Positions 8,646 to 17,267 of a stretch of 43,009 nt of DNA are shown piece after piece. The notes beneath the pieces were generated by a model, which saw nothing but the letters and a program-made list of their open reading frames with translations, did not search any database and had not been told where the DNA came from. The DNA is from Pseudomonadota bacterium (lineage in GTDB: Bacteria; Desulfobacterota; Desulfobacteria; Desulfobacterales; JBDRRP01). The DNA is taken from assembly GCA_043825735.1 (NCBI GenBank), contig JBDRRP010000048.1, positions 1 to 43,009 of the forward strand, written 5' to 3'. Positions within the stretch are counted from its first letter, which is position 1. Each line of letters starts with the position of its first letter. The position numbers and the translations under genes were made by a program.

Positions 8646-8960
8646 ATGATCACCGCAATCGTTGAATTCAAACTTTCCCAAAAGATATCTGTCCGCAAAG
8701 CACGAGAGATATTTCTCAGCACTGCGGAGAAATACAAGGGGTTGCCCGGACTGATCCGAAAGTACTACTTGATTTCTCCCGACGGGGACAAGGCCGGTGG
8801 CATCTATCTGTGGAAAACCCGGGAAGACGCGGACCGGCTATACACCGACGAGTGGAAAGCCTTCGTGCGCGGAAAATACGGATCTGAACCGAAGGTCAAT
8901 TATCTGGAGACCCCGGTTATCGTTGATAACCTTTCAAACGAAATAATCACTGGCGAATAA
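8646..8960 (+). CDS. YdhR-like putative monooxygenase
   Basis: PGLIRKYYL...AGGIYLW; AGGAGG RBS. Confidence 0.8.
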   Translation: MITAIVEFKLSQKISVRKAREIFLSTAEKYKGLPGLIRKYYLISPDGDKAGGIYLWKTREDADRLYTDEWKAFVRGKYGSEPKVNYLETPVIVDNLSNEIITGE

Positions 8961-9100
8961 CCAGCCTGGCACAAACGGCTTAAAAGAATACGGGACAGCC
9001 TCACTGAGCGGAACAGCAATTTTCCTAATGGCAAGGATCACGAACACAAGTGCCGTCAAGGCTTCTTGTTGCGCAATGATGACACTGTAATAAATCCTTT

Positions 9101-9251
9101 ACGGAGCACACGGGGGTTTTTTAACCCAAAAAGAATTTTTCTCCCGCAGAGGCGCGGAGACGCAGAGAACTGCGGCAAATTGAATTGCGCGAGAGCTTTT
9201 CCCTGCGCCTCTGCGGGAGATATGAATTATTAAATCTCCGTGTCCTCCGTG
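9101..9251. repeat. Nested 9-nt-period palindromic elements
   Basis: Inner perfect 16-bp IR TCTCCCGCAGAGGCGC (9140-9155)/GCGCCTCTGCGGGAGA (9205-9220) inside outer arms ACGGAGCACACGG/CTCCGTGTCCTCCGT. Confidence 0.8.
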
Positions 9252-9353
9252 ACTGGTTCAATATTGCTGCGGGAAGAGACCTACTGGAGCATTATGCATA
9301 AGCGTAATATCCGATTTTTTACGGTGCCATCATAATTGAGCTGAGAAAAAGCG

Positions 9354-9707
9354 ATGAGTCATCAGAACATTCCATTTCAAACGATCGATTGGGCAAAAAT
9401 ACCCAAAACCGAGCACAAGGGTGAAACGGGCATTGCTTATTGGCAAACAGTTCAATTTCCAGGTTTGCGGATAAGAGTCGTCGAATATTCAAAAGGTTAT
9501 CTTGCTGATCATTGGTGCGAAAAAGGACACATCGTATACTGCCTGGAGGGTGAAGTTATCAATGAGTTGAAAGATGGGACAAAGACCATTTTGACCAAAG
9601 GGACCTCATACGTGGTCTCAGATGAATTAAGCTCACATCGGTCGGTCACCGAAAACGGGGTAAAATTGTTGATTGTCGACGGAGATTTTTTAAAATTCAC
9701 GAAATGA
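9354..9707 (+). CDS. DHCW-motif cupin fold protein
   Basis: GYLADHWCEKGHIVYCLEGE...SHRS. Confidence 0.85.
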   Translation: MSHQNIPFQTIDWAKIPKTEHKGETGIAYWQTVQFPGLRIRVVEYSKGYLADHWCEKGHIVYCLEGEVINELKDGTKTILTKGTSYVVSDELSSHRSVTENGVKLLIVDGDFLKFTK

Positions 9708-9711
9708 TTTT

Positions 9712-10494
9712 TTTGTCAAAAGCACGGATGACAAGCACCTCAGCATGAGCGCGGTTGTTTTGGGACACGCCCCTTTTGCGGTGGGGGCGCTGTTATTTGC
9801 GCCATTGCCCAGTCTCGAGTCGCTGCCCTACATATTGGCCGGGGCGGCGCTGCACATCGGCTACCAACTGTTTCTATTGGCATCCTATCGCATCGGCGAC
9901 CTGAGCCAGGTATATCCTTTGGCACGGGGCGCTGCGCCCCTGATTGTGGCAGCTGTTTCGGGAGTATTGCTGGGGCAACATCTTTCCTGGCATGAAATGG
10001 CCGCCGTGAGCATTATCGGGACCGGCATTATGAGCCTGGTGCTGGTGCGCCGCAGCGACGGGCTTCGCAACGGGAGGGCCGCGGTGCTGGCCATCATCAC
10101 CGGAGGATTCATCGCGTCCTATTCCCTGGTGGACGGCTTGGGGGCGCGCGAAGCCGGCACAGCGCTCGGTTACTACGGCGCACTGTCAACGATTAACGCG
10201 GTCATTTTTGCCGCCATCATGCGTGTTATCCGGCCGGGGATTGTGACGCGCGTGGTTTGCAGGCAATGGCGGTTTGCGCTCGGCGTTGGCGGCGCTTCGT
10301 TTTTGGCCTACGCAATGGTGACCTGGGCTTTTACCGTCGCGCCGATACCGTTGGTGACAGCGTTGCGGGAGACGAGTATCGTATTTGCGATGTTGCTGGG
10401 TGTCTTTGTTCTAAAGGAACGGATCGATCTCGTGAAAGTGCTGGCAACGCTGTGCACGCTTCTGGGTGTCGGGTTGTTGCGCGTCAATCGTTAA
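9712..10494 (+). pseudogene. EamA/DMT transporter, apparently 5'-truncated
   Basis: GDLSQVYPLARG and ALRETSIVFA motifs; in-frame FVKSTDDK upstream of the first Met, but the expected first TM helix is absent and the cupin gene abuts directly. Confidence 0.6.
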
Positions 10495-10541
10495 GTCGAT
10501 TCAGACGGTGATCACCGGTGCCAATACCATCTCATCATAAA

Positions 10542-10805
10542 ATGCCCCGGCGGCTCACGATGGCCTCCCTCGGCAGCGGCGCCCGCCAGTTGGCCGATAT
10601 GGATCCTGATCTGGGCGCGGTTCTCGATCGGCTGGGTGAGCCGCCGATGTGGGGTCGAAATCCGGGCTTTGCCGCGCTGGTGCGCATCATCCTTGAGCAG
10701 CAGGCCATGGCCGAGGAGTGGGCGCCGTGGCGCTCTGTCGCGGCCCGGATCCTGTGGATGCACTACCTCGACGGGCGAGGGCAGTACCATACGCCGGTAA
10801 TATAA
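10542..10805 (+). pseudogene. AlkA-like DNA-3-methyladenine glycosylase with in-frame internal deletion
   Basis: N-terminal PGFAALVRIILEQQ is joined directly to C-terminal AEEWAPWRSVAARILW; the HhH-GPD core is missing. Confidence 0.8.
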
Positions 10806-10930
10806 CCGGTTTTTTGAGCCGCGGACGCAGGCGCACGGCCCGAATTAAGGCTGCAACCGTTTGAATGGGTGTTGATTTCATCGGGATTTAAAATCGCTAT
10901 CAAAATCGAAATAGAATATGGAGGGTGCGC

Positions 10931-11359
10931 ATGACAAAAGACAACGGGAAAGACCTGTCGTCCTCTCTCTTATGGAACCTTTTTGCGCCCATCGAGGAGA
11001 TCACCGAGCATAATGCAGAGGCCGTCATTGACTGGCTAAAGGATAGAAGCAGCGTACTGATCTGGTTTACATCGATTATTACCGGATCCCTCATGCTGTT
11101 TACGCTTTTCGGGAAAAAACCCGGTTTTCATGATCTCAACAGTATTGCGCTTTCCATTTCATTGCTGCTGATGTTTGTTTCCATCCTGTGTAACTTGATT
11201 TGCGTCTGGCAAATTCCCAAATGGAAGCTTGCAATACGCATCGGGCGCATCTCAAACGGTCGCAGAATGACCTTTGATCTGGAGATCAGCTCGTGGTTTG
11301 GTCTGGTCAGCTTTTTGGGCGCCTTGGTGATGGCTGCGCTCGGAAACAGCGGTCTTTAG
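10931..11359 (+). CDS. Hypothetical membrane protein (about 3 TM)
   Basis: GGAGG RBS, three hydrophobic segments. Confidence 0.7.
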   Translation: MTKDNGKDLSSSLLWNLFAPIEEITEHNAEAVIDWLKDRSSVLIWFTSIITGSLMLFTLFGKKPGFHDLNSIALSISLLLMFVSILCNLICVWQIPKWKLAIRIGRISNGRRMTFDLEISSWFGLVSFLGALVMAALGNSGL

Positions 11360-11566
11360 ACCATCCATGCGTATCGCGTGTTCAACGCCCGCGCCATCGG
11401 AAATAGTCTTGATGGTAAAGGACTGCGAAAGCGAGTACAATTGAGACCTCCCGCTGGGGCGACAGTGTTGTGGAAATAGCGATTGCCGATGAACGGTGCA
11501 CTGGAATGAGTGCGGGAAAAAGATAAATTCGACTTTTTACAGATCCATCAATTTTAAGGTGAACAG

Positions 11567-11854
11567 ATGAGAAATCTATTTGACGGTAAAAAGACGGCAA
11601 GATTGGGCACTGAGAAGAACCCGGTTGTAGTAAACGTACAAACAGAAGAAAGAGCCAAAGAACTGGAATCGATGCTGGAAAACGCCGGTTGGAAATATAC
11701 CATTGAATTGGATCCCGACAGACCCGAGGATATTTCGAACCTGGAAATTTTGCTGAATCCGGTTCAAACGGTAACTGTCGAAAAGAAGGTGGGGCGTAAC
11801 GATCCGTGCCCTTGCGGGAGCGGCAAGAAATATAAGCATTGCTGCGGGAAATAG
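11567..11854 (+). CDS. SEC-C metal-binding motif protein (PBPRA1643-like)
   Basis: RLGTEKNP...VQTEER...[25 protein letters not shown]. Confidence 0.88.
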   Translation: MRNLFDGKKTARLGTEKNPVVVNVQTEERAKELESMLENAGWKYTIELDPDRPEDISNLEILLNPVQTVTVEKKVGRNDPCPCGSGKKYKHCCGK

Positions 11855-11911
11855 GGCTTTATGGCGTTGCGCTTATAGAGATCGGCGCTATTAATAACAG
11901 AGGAAACCGTT

Positions 11912-12976
11912 ATGAGAAGACTCGCGATAATTTGTGTTTTCATTTTTGCTTCCTGTTCATCAATCGGGCACTGGGCATCCGATACGACAATGGCGCCGGG
12001 GGCTTCCGCGCTCATCTGGCCGGCGGGTCTGCCGGTCTATGATCACATCGTCATCGTTGTCGAGGAAAACAAGGATTACGAAGAGATCATCGGCAACGCG
12101 AACGCGCCCTATATCAATAACGTGCTGAAGAAAGACGGGGCGAGCTTCACGCAGATCTATGGCGAAGAACACTTCAGCCAGGGGAATTACTACTGGATGT
12201 TTTCAGGCGGCAATCAGACCGTCGGCTTCATCGACCAGGTCCCGTCCGAGAAAAATAATCCCGCCTATCCCTTTAAGACGACCAATCTGGGTGAGCAGTT
12301 GATCGCAAAGGGGCTCTCATTCAAGGGCTATGCGGAGAGTCTTCCTGAAATCGGTTTCACGGGCGATAAAGCGTCGGCGGGGCTGTATGCCCGAAAACAT
12401 GTCCCCTGGATCAGTTTTGCCAATGTACCCAACGGCAAAACGATCGCAACCTCGTCCAATCTCAGGTTCGCGGACTTTCCCTCTGATCCTTCCCAGTATG
12501 ACACCCTGCCCACCATTGCCTTTGTCATTCCTAACCTGGACAACGACATGCACAACGGCCCAATTGACGAAGCGATCAGGGCCGGCGATCGCTGGTTGCA
12601 GAAAAACATCGATGCCTACTATCAATGGGCCAAGAATCACAACAGCCTTTTGATTCTCACCTTCGATGAGAACGATGACAAGCGGGCCTACCGGGGGCTC
12701 ACCAATCCATTGGTGGACCCGCAGTCCTGCGCCGGAGACGGCCGCGATCCGGAGTACTGTATCGACCTTCAGAACCGGATTGTCACGATTTTCGCAGGGG
12801 CGCATATCAAGGCCGGCGATTACCCCGAGGGTAAAGGGATCACCCACGTCAACCTTCTGCGCACGCTGGAGGCGATGTACGGACTGTCCAAAGCCGGGAC
12901 CCAGCAGCCCAACGCTGCCGGCGGCGGCATCACGGACGACTACATCATCGTCGATGTATTTGAGCTCGCACGGTAG
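11912..12976 (+). CDS. Secreted acid phosphatase/phosphoesterase family protein
   Basis: Signal peptide; HIVIVVEENK, SQGNY, YARKHVPW, NDMHNG, LTFDE. Confidence 0.85.
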   Translation: MRRLAIICVFIFASCSSIGHWASDTTMAPGASALIWPAGLPVYDHIVIVVEENKDYEEIIGNANAPYINNVLKKDGASFTQIYGEEHFSQGNYYWMFSGGNQTVGFIDQVPSEKNNPAYPFKTTNLGEQLIAKGLSFKGYAESLPEIGFTGDKASAGLYARKHVPWISFANVPNGKTIATSSNLRFADFPSDPSQYDTLPTIAFVIPNLDNDMHNGPIDEAIRAGDRWLQKNIDAYYQWAKNHNSLLILTFDENDDKRAYRGLTNPLVDPQSCAGDGRDPEYCIDLQNRIVTIFAGAHIKAGDYPEGKGITHVNLLRTLEAMYGLSKAGTQQPNAAGGGITDDYIIVDVFELAR

Positions 12977-13108
12977 CGGTGCCTTCGACAAGTTTGCGCA
13001 TAATAAAGAACTATGAACCGGTTTTCTCCGCGCCCTCCGCGAACTCCGAGGCGATATCGTTGCCTTCGATTGAAGCGTTAGCGTTTAACCGTCCGCTTGA
13101 GGGGATGC

Positions 13109-14290
13109 ATGTTTTCACACCGCTGGCACCATGAACCGACCCCCAACGCGTTCAGCCTTCTCATCGGAAAAAAACGCGCTGCCGGTGCAAACCTTCTGGA
13201 CCTGACCGTTTCCAATCCCACCACCGCCGGGTTCATCTATGACCATGCGGCCATCCAAAACGCACTGTTACAGCCTGGTAATTGGACCTATGCGCCGGAC
13301 CCGCGCGGTCTGCCGTCGGCGCGCCGTGCTGTCGCCGGCGTTTACCGGGAGCGTGGCTGCCTCGTACCCTCGGAGGCCATTTTCCTTACGCCGGGCACCA
13401 GCGACGCGTACGCGGCGCTTTTTAAACTGCTGGGGGACCCCGGCGACGAGGTTCTTATCCCGGAGCCGGGTTACCCGCTGCTGGCCCACCTGGCGGCGTT
13501 CGAAGGGCTTAAGGCGGTGACTTATCCCTTGCGCTACGATTCGGCCACCGGCTGGACCATCGATTTGGAGATTCTGCGGGCGCTGATCACAGAGGCCACT
13601 TGCGCGGTGGTGGTGGTCAATCCCAACAACCCCACCGGGCAGTTTCTAAAAATCCGAGAGCTGTCGGAGCTCGATGACATCTGCTGTGAAAAGGATCTGG
13701 CGCTGATTGTGGACGAGGTGTTTTCGGACTTCGTCACACCGGTAAACGCGGACGCCAGGGTGCATAGTGCTGTGAATCGGTGCCAAGCGCTGACGTTCGT
13801 CCTCAACGGTGTTTCGAAGATGCTGGGTCTGCCCCAGATGAAGCTGGCGTGGATGGTCGTCTCCGGTGATGCCCGCCTGGCCGTGGCCGCCGCCGAGCGG
13901 CTCGAATTTCTCCTGGATTTCTACCTGTCGGCAGGAACCCCGGTTCAGCTGGCCGCCGGTACGCTGCTCACCCTTCGCCCGGGCATCCAGGAGCAGATCC
14001 GGCGCCGCATCGATGCCAATCACCAATGCCTCTTAAAACTGACGGCGGCGACGCGAAACAGTGTCGCCATGCTGCGGGAAGGCGGTTGGTACGGGGTCGT
14101 GGAGATCCATGACGCAGTGGGCGATGAGGATCGCGTGCTCACGCTCGCCCGGGAAGATAATGTCCTCGTTCATCCCGGCTATTACTACGATTTTGCCCGC
14201 GAGGGGTTTGTGGTGGTGAGCCTGCTGACGCCGGCCGACATCTTCGAAACGGGTATCCGGCGGTTGACCGACCGGTACGGAAAGATTTGA
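13109..14290 (+). CDS. PLP-dependent aminotransferase class I/II
   Basis: NPNNPTG, DEVF, SKMLGLPQMKLAW. Confidence 0.9.
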   Translation: MFSHRWHHEPTPNAFSLLIGKKRAAGANLLDLTVSNPTTAGFIYDHAAIQNALLQPGNWTYAPDPRGLPSARRAVAGVYRERGCLVPSEAIFLTPGTSDAYAALFKLLGDPGDEVLIPEPGYPLLAHLAAFEGLKAVTYPLRYDSATGWTIDLEILRALITEATCAVVVVNPNNPTGQFLKIRELSELDDICCEKDLALIVDEVFSDFVTPVNADARVHSAVNRCQALTFVLNGVSKMLGLPQMKLAWMVVSGDARLAVAAAERLEFLLDFYLSAGTPVQLAAGTLLTLRPGIQEQIRRRIDANHQCLLKLTAATRNSVAMLREGGWYGVVEIHDAVGDEDRVLTLAREDNVLVHPGYYYDFAREGFVVVSLLTPADIFETGIRRLTDRYGKI

Positions 14291-14445
14291 TCCATTGAGC
14301 ACCGAGGCGGTGCGCGGCTTTCTCCAGGCCAAGCGCGGGGATCTTGCATAAATGCGCCGGCGATGCTTAAGAGACCGCATTTTTAAGTAAGCCCTTGCGA
14401 GGTTGGAATGGGAGATACCAGATCCCACGAAATTGAAAGGACACC

Positions 14446-15813
14446 ATGACCGCTGTTAGCACATCCATTTTCGATCTCTTCAAAATCGGCCCGGGCCCGT
14501 CGAGCTCCCACACCGTGGGGCCCATGCTGGCCGGTGGCGCCTTCATCCGCACCGCAGCCGAATTGCCAGCCGAACTGCGCCGGCAGGCTACCGGCATCCG
14601 GGTGCACCTGTTCGGATCTCTGAGCGCCACCGGAAAGGGGCACGGCACGGACCGGGCCGTCCTGGCAGGGCTGATGGGGGATCTCCCCGAGACCTGTTCG
14701 AGCGAACGTCTTCAGGGACTGCTGCGCGATGCACGGGCGAGCTACCGCGTCCGGGTGGGAGATGTGACGGTGGACATGACCGGAGCGGATATCGTCTTTG
14801 ACCGGGTGGTCCACGACTTCCCGTTCAGCAATACACTGGTCATCCGGCTTTGTGGAGACGGCGGCAGTCTTTTCGAAAGAGAATACTATTCGGTGGGCGG
14901 CGGGTTTATCCGGTGGAAGGACCAGGCGGAACCCCAGCCAGAGGGCGCTCCGGTCTACCCCTACGAGACCATGAACCAGTTCCAGCAACAGTGCCGCAGT
15001 GCCGGCGTGTTATTCGAGACCTTGCTCATCGCCAATGAAACGGCCGTCACCGGCGTTGTCCCGGTGGAGATCGCCAGCCGGATGGATCACATCATGGCGG
15101 TGATGGATGCCGCGGTGCGCTCAGGGCTGGAGGCTGACGGCGTCCTTCCCGGTCCTATCGGACTCCAGCGGAAGGCGGCCCGGTTGTTTAACACCATTGA
15201 GGTGCCGTCGTCACCGGCCCACCGCCTCATGGCACGCCTCAATGCCTACGCTCTGGCCGCGAGCGAAGAAAACGCCGCCGGGGGCATCGTGGTCACGGCC
15301 CCGACGCTGGGCTCCTGCGGCATCATCCCCGCCGTGCTTCGCCTGCTCAAACACAACCGGCGTATGCGCCGCGACCGGCTTCGAAGAGGCCTGTGGGCGG
15401 CGGCGCTGGTCGGGTTTCTCGTAAAACACAACGCGAGCATTGCCGGTGCCGATGTGGGATGCCAGGGGGAGGTGGGCACGGCGTCGGCCATGGCGGCGGC
15501 TTTGCTTTGCGGCGCCCACGATTTTGGCATCGATATCATTGCCTCGGCGGCGGAGATCGCCCTGGAGCATCACCTCGGGTTGACCTGCGACCCGGTGATG
15601 GGTTACGTCCAGATTCCCTGCATCGAAAGAAACGCCATGGGCGCGGTCAAGGCTTACAATGCATTCCTGCTGGCCAGTATGGGGGATGCGGGCCGGCAGA
15701 AAGTGGGTTTCGATGCGGCGGTGGCGGCGATGCGCGAGACCGGCCGAGACATGTCCAGCAAATACAAGGAGACCAGCCAGGGGGGGCTGGCGGTCAGTGT
15801 GGTGGGCTGTTAG
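14446..15813 (+). CDS. sdaA: L-serine ammonia-lyase, single-chain Fe-S type
   Basis: KIGPGPSSSHTVGPM, GSLSATGKGHGTD, GCQGEVG, LTCDPV..YVQIPCIERN, KYKETSQGGLA. Confidence 0.93.
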   Translation: MTAVSTSIFDLFKIGPGPSSSHTVGPMLAGGAFIRTAAELPAELRRQATGIRVHLFGSLSATGKGHGTDRAVLAGLMGDLPETCSSERLQGLLRDARASYRVRVGDVTVDMTGADIVFDRVVHDFPFSNTLVIRLCGDGGSLFEREYYSVGGGFIRWKDQAEPQPEGAPVYPYETMNQFQQQCRSAGVLFETLLIANETAVTGVVPVEIASRMDHIMAVMDAAVRSGLEADGVLPGPIGLQRKAARLFNTIEVPSSPAHRLMARLNAYALAASEENAAGGIVVTAPTLGSCGIIPAVLRLLKHNRRMRRDRLRRGLWAAALVGFLVKHNASIAGADVGCQGEVGTASAMAAALLCGAHDFGIDIIASAAEIALEHHLGLTCDPVMGYVQIPCIERNAMGAVKAYNAFLLASMGDAGRQKVGFDAAVAAMRETGRDMSSKYKETSQGGLAVSVVGC

Positions 15814-15820
15814 TGGATCT

Positions 15821-15908
15821 GAACCACGAAGGACACGAAGTTCACGAACAAAACCCTAAAGCAGCGGAAAGTAGAAAACTTTCGTGTTCTTCGTGAACTT
15901 CGTGGTTC
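15821..15908. repeat. 9-nt-period palindromic element (CACGAAG type)
   Basis: GAACCACGAAGGACACGAAGTTCACGAA...TTCGTGTTCTTCGTGAACTTCGTGGTTC. Confidence 0.9.
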
Positions 15909-15976
15909 TACCGTCACTGCGCGAAGAGACCATCCGGTGTATTCTTTATAGGCGTCAAAGGCGAAAGGTGGTGCCC

Positions 15977-17221
15977 ATGGAAGTCAAAAGCGGCCTTCCC
16001 GTCATATCGGTGGCCATTCTCATTACCGGCAACATCGTGGGCGCCGGTATCCTGGGGCTTCCCATCGATACCGGCCTGGCCGGGTTTTCGTTGTCCACAG
16101 TCACCATGCTGGTCATGTGGGGGCTCATGCTGGCCACGGCCGTCATCTTAGCCGACCAGGTGCTCCTGTCCCGGGAAGACAATTTCGATCTGCCTTCTTT
16201 GTTCGGATCGACCCTCGGCCCGGCCGGACGGTGGGTCGCCATCGCCGCCAACCTGCTCATCCTCTACGGTCTGCTGGTGGCCTACCTGAGCGGCGGCACA
16301 GCCATCATCATAAATCTTTTTCACCTGAGCCAGCCGGCGTGGGTGGTAACCCTGGTGTTTTTCGGACTCGTCGGCGGCCTGACCCTATTTGGTCTCGAAG
16401 TGGTGCGCCGGGGAAACACCCTGATGATGGTGGCCATGTGGGCGGCGTTTGGCGTGTTGGCCGCCATCGCCGCATCGCGCATCCAACTGCATCGTCTCAC
16501 TGCTGTGGACTGGGCCCTGGTGCCGTCAGGCATTCCCATCATGGTCACCGCCTTTCATTTTCACAACATCATCCCCACCGCCTGCCGGAGTCTGGCGTAC
16601 GATCGGGCGGCCACGCGAAAGGCGCTCTTTATCGGCAGTGGTATCGGTCTGGGGATGAACCTCATCTGGAACGTGGTGGTCATTGGCACGATTCCCGTGG
16701 CCGGGGCCGGCAGTGACACCATTCTCTATGCTTTTGAGCACGGCCTGCCGGCAACGGTGCCCCTGGCGAACCTGCTCCACTCGAAAATTTTCGTTGTCAG
16801 CGGGCTGCTCTTCGCAATTTTGGCCATTACCACATCATTTTTAGCCAACGGCACCGCACTGATGGGGTTCGCTCGGGATATGGGTGCGGGTTGGGCCGTG
16901 ACACGCAGCAAAACAGCCCATGCTCTGATTTCCTTCGCACCGCCGCTTCTGGTGACGATTGTCTACCCGAATCTGTTTTTAAAGGCCCTCGATGTGGTGG
17001 GCGGGGTCGGCATTGCCCTGTTGTTCGGGGTGCTGCCGGGTGTGCTGGCCATTCGGCAGTCGAAGACCCCCACGGGTCGGCGCCTGGGCATGCTGATTGT
17101 CGCTTGTTTTCTTGCCGTACTTGTCTTCGAAATATGCCAGGAAACCGGATTGCTGCGCATCGACCCGGCCGTCGAACTCTATAAGGCCGGTTGGCAAGTC
17201 GCCGGCCAGCCGGCGCCGTGA
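15977..17221 (+). CDS. Hydroxy/aromatic amino acid permease (HAAAP, TyrP/Mtr-like)
   Basis: LITGNIVGAGILGLP, YGLLVAYLSG, AFHFHNIIP, AITTSFL; about 11 TM. Confidence 0.88.
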   Translation: MEVKSGLPVISVAILITGNIVGAGILGLPIDTGLAGFSLSTVTMLVMWGLMLATAVILADQVLLSREDNFDLPSLFGSTLGPAGRWVAIAANLLILYGLLVAYLSGGTAIIINLFHLSQPAWVVTLVFFGLVGGLTLFGLEVVRRGNTLMMVAMWAAFGVLAAIAASRIQLHRLTAVDWALVPSGIPIMVTAFHFHNIIPTACRSLAYDRAATRKALFIGSGIGLGMNLIWNVVVIGTIPVAGAGSDTILYAFEHGLPATVPLANLLHSKIFVVSGLLFAILAITTSFLANGTALMGFARDMGAGWAVTRSKTAHALISFAPPLLVTIVYPNLFLKALDVVGGVGIALLFGVLPGVLAIRQSKTPTGRRLGMLIVACFLAVLVFEICQETGLLRIDPAVELYKAGWQVAGQPAP

Positions 17222-17267
17222 TGCGCAGGGGACGCGGCATGGCAGCGCCGGTGCAGGAGACTGCGTC

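Noticed and set aside
10800..10865. Possible attC after the alkA remnant (TATAAC...GTTTGAA)
   Set aside because: Arm pairing is too weak and box spacing does not match the other sites.
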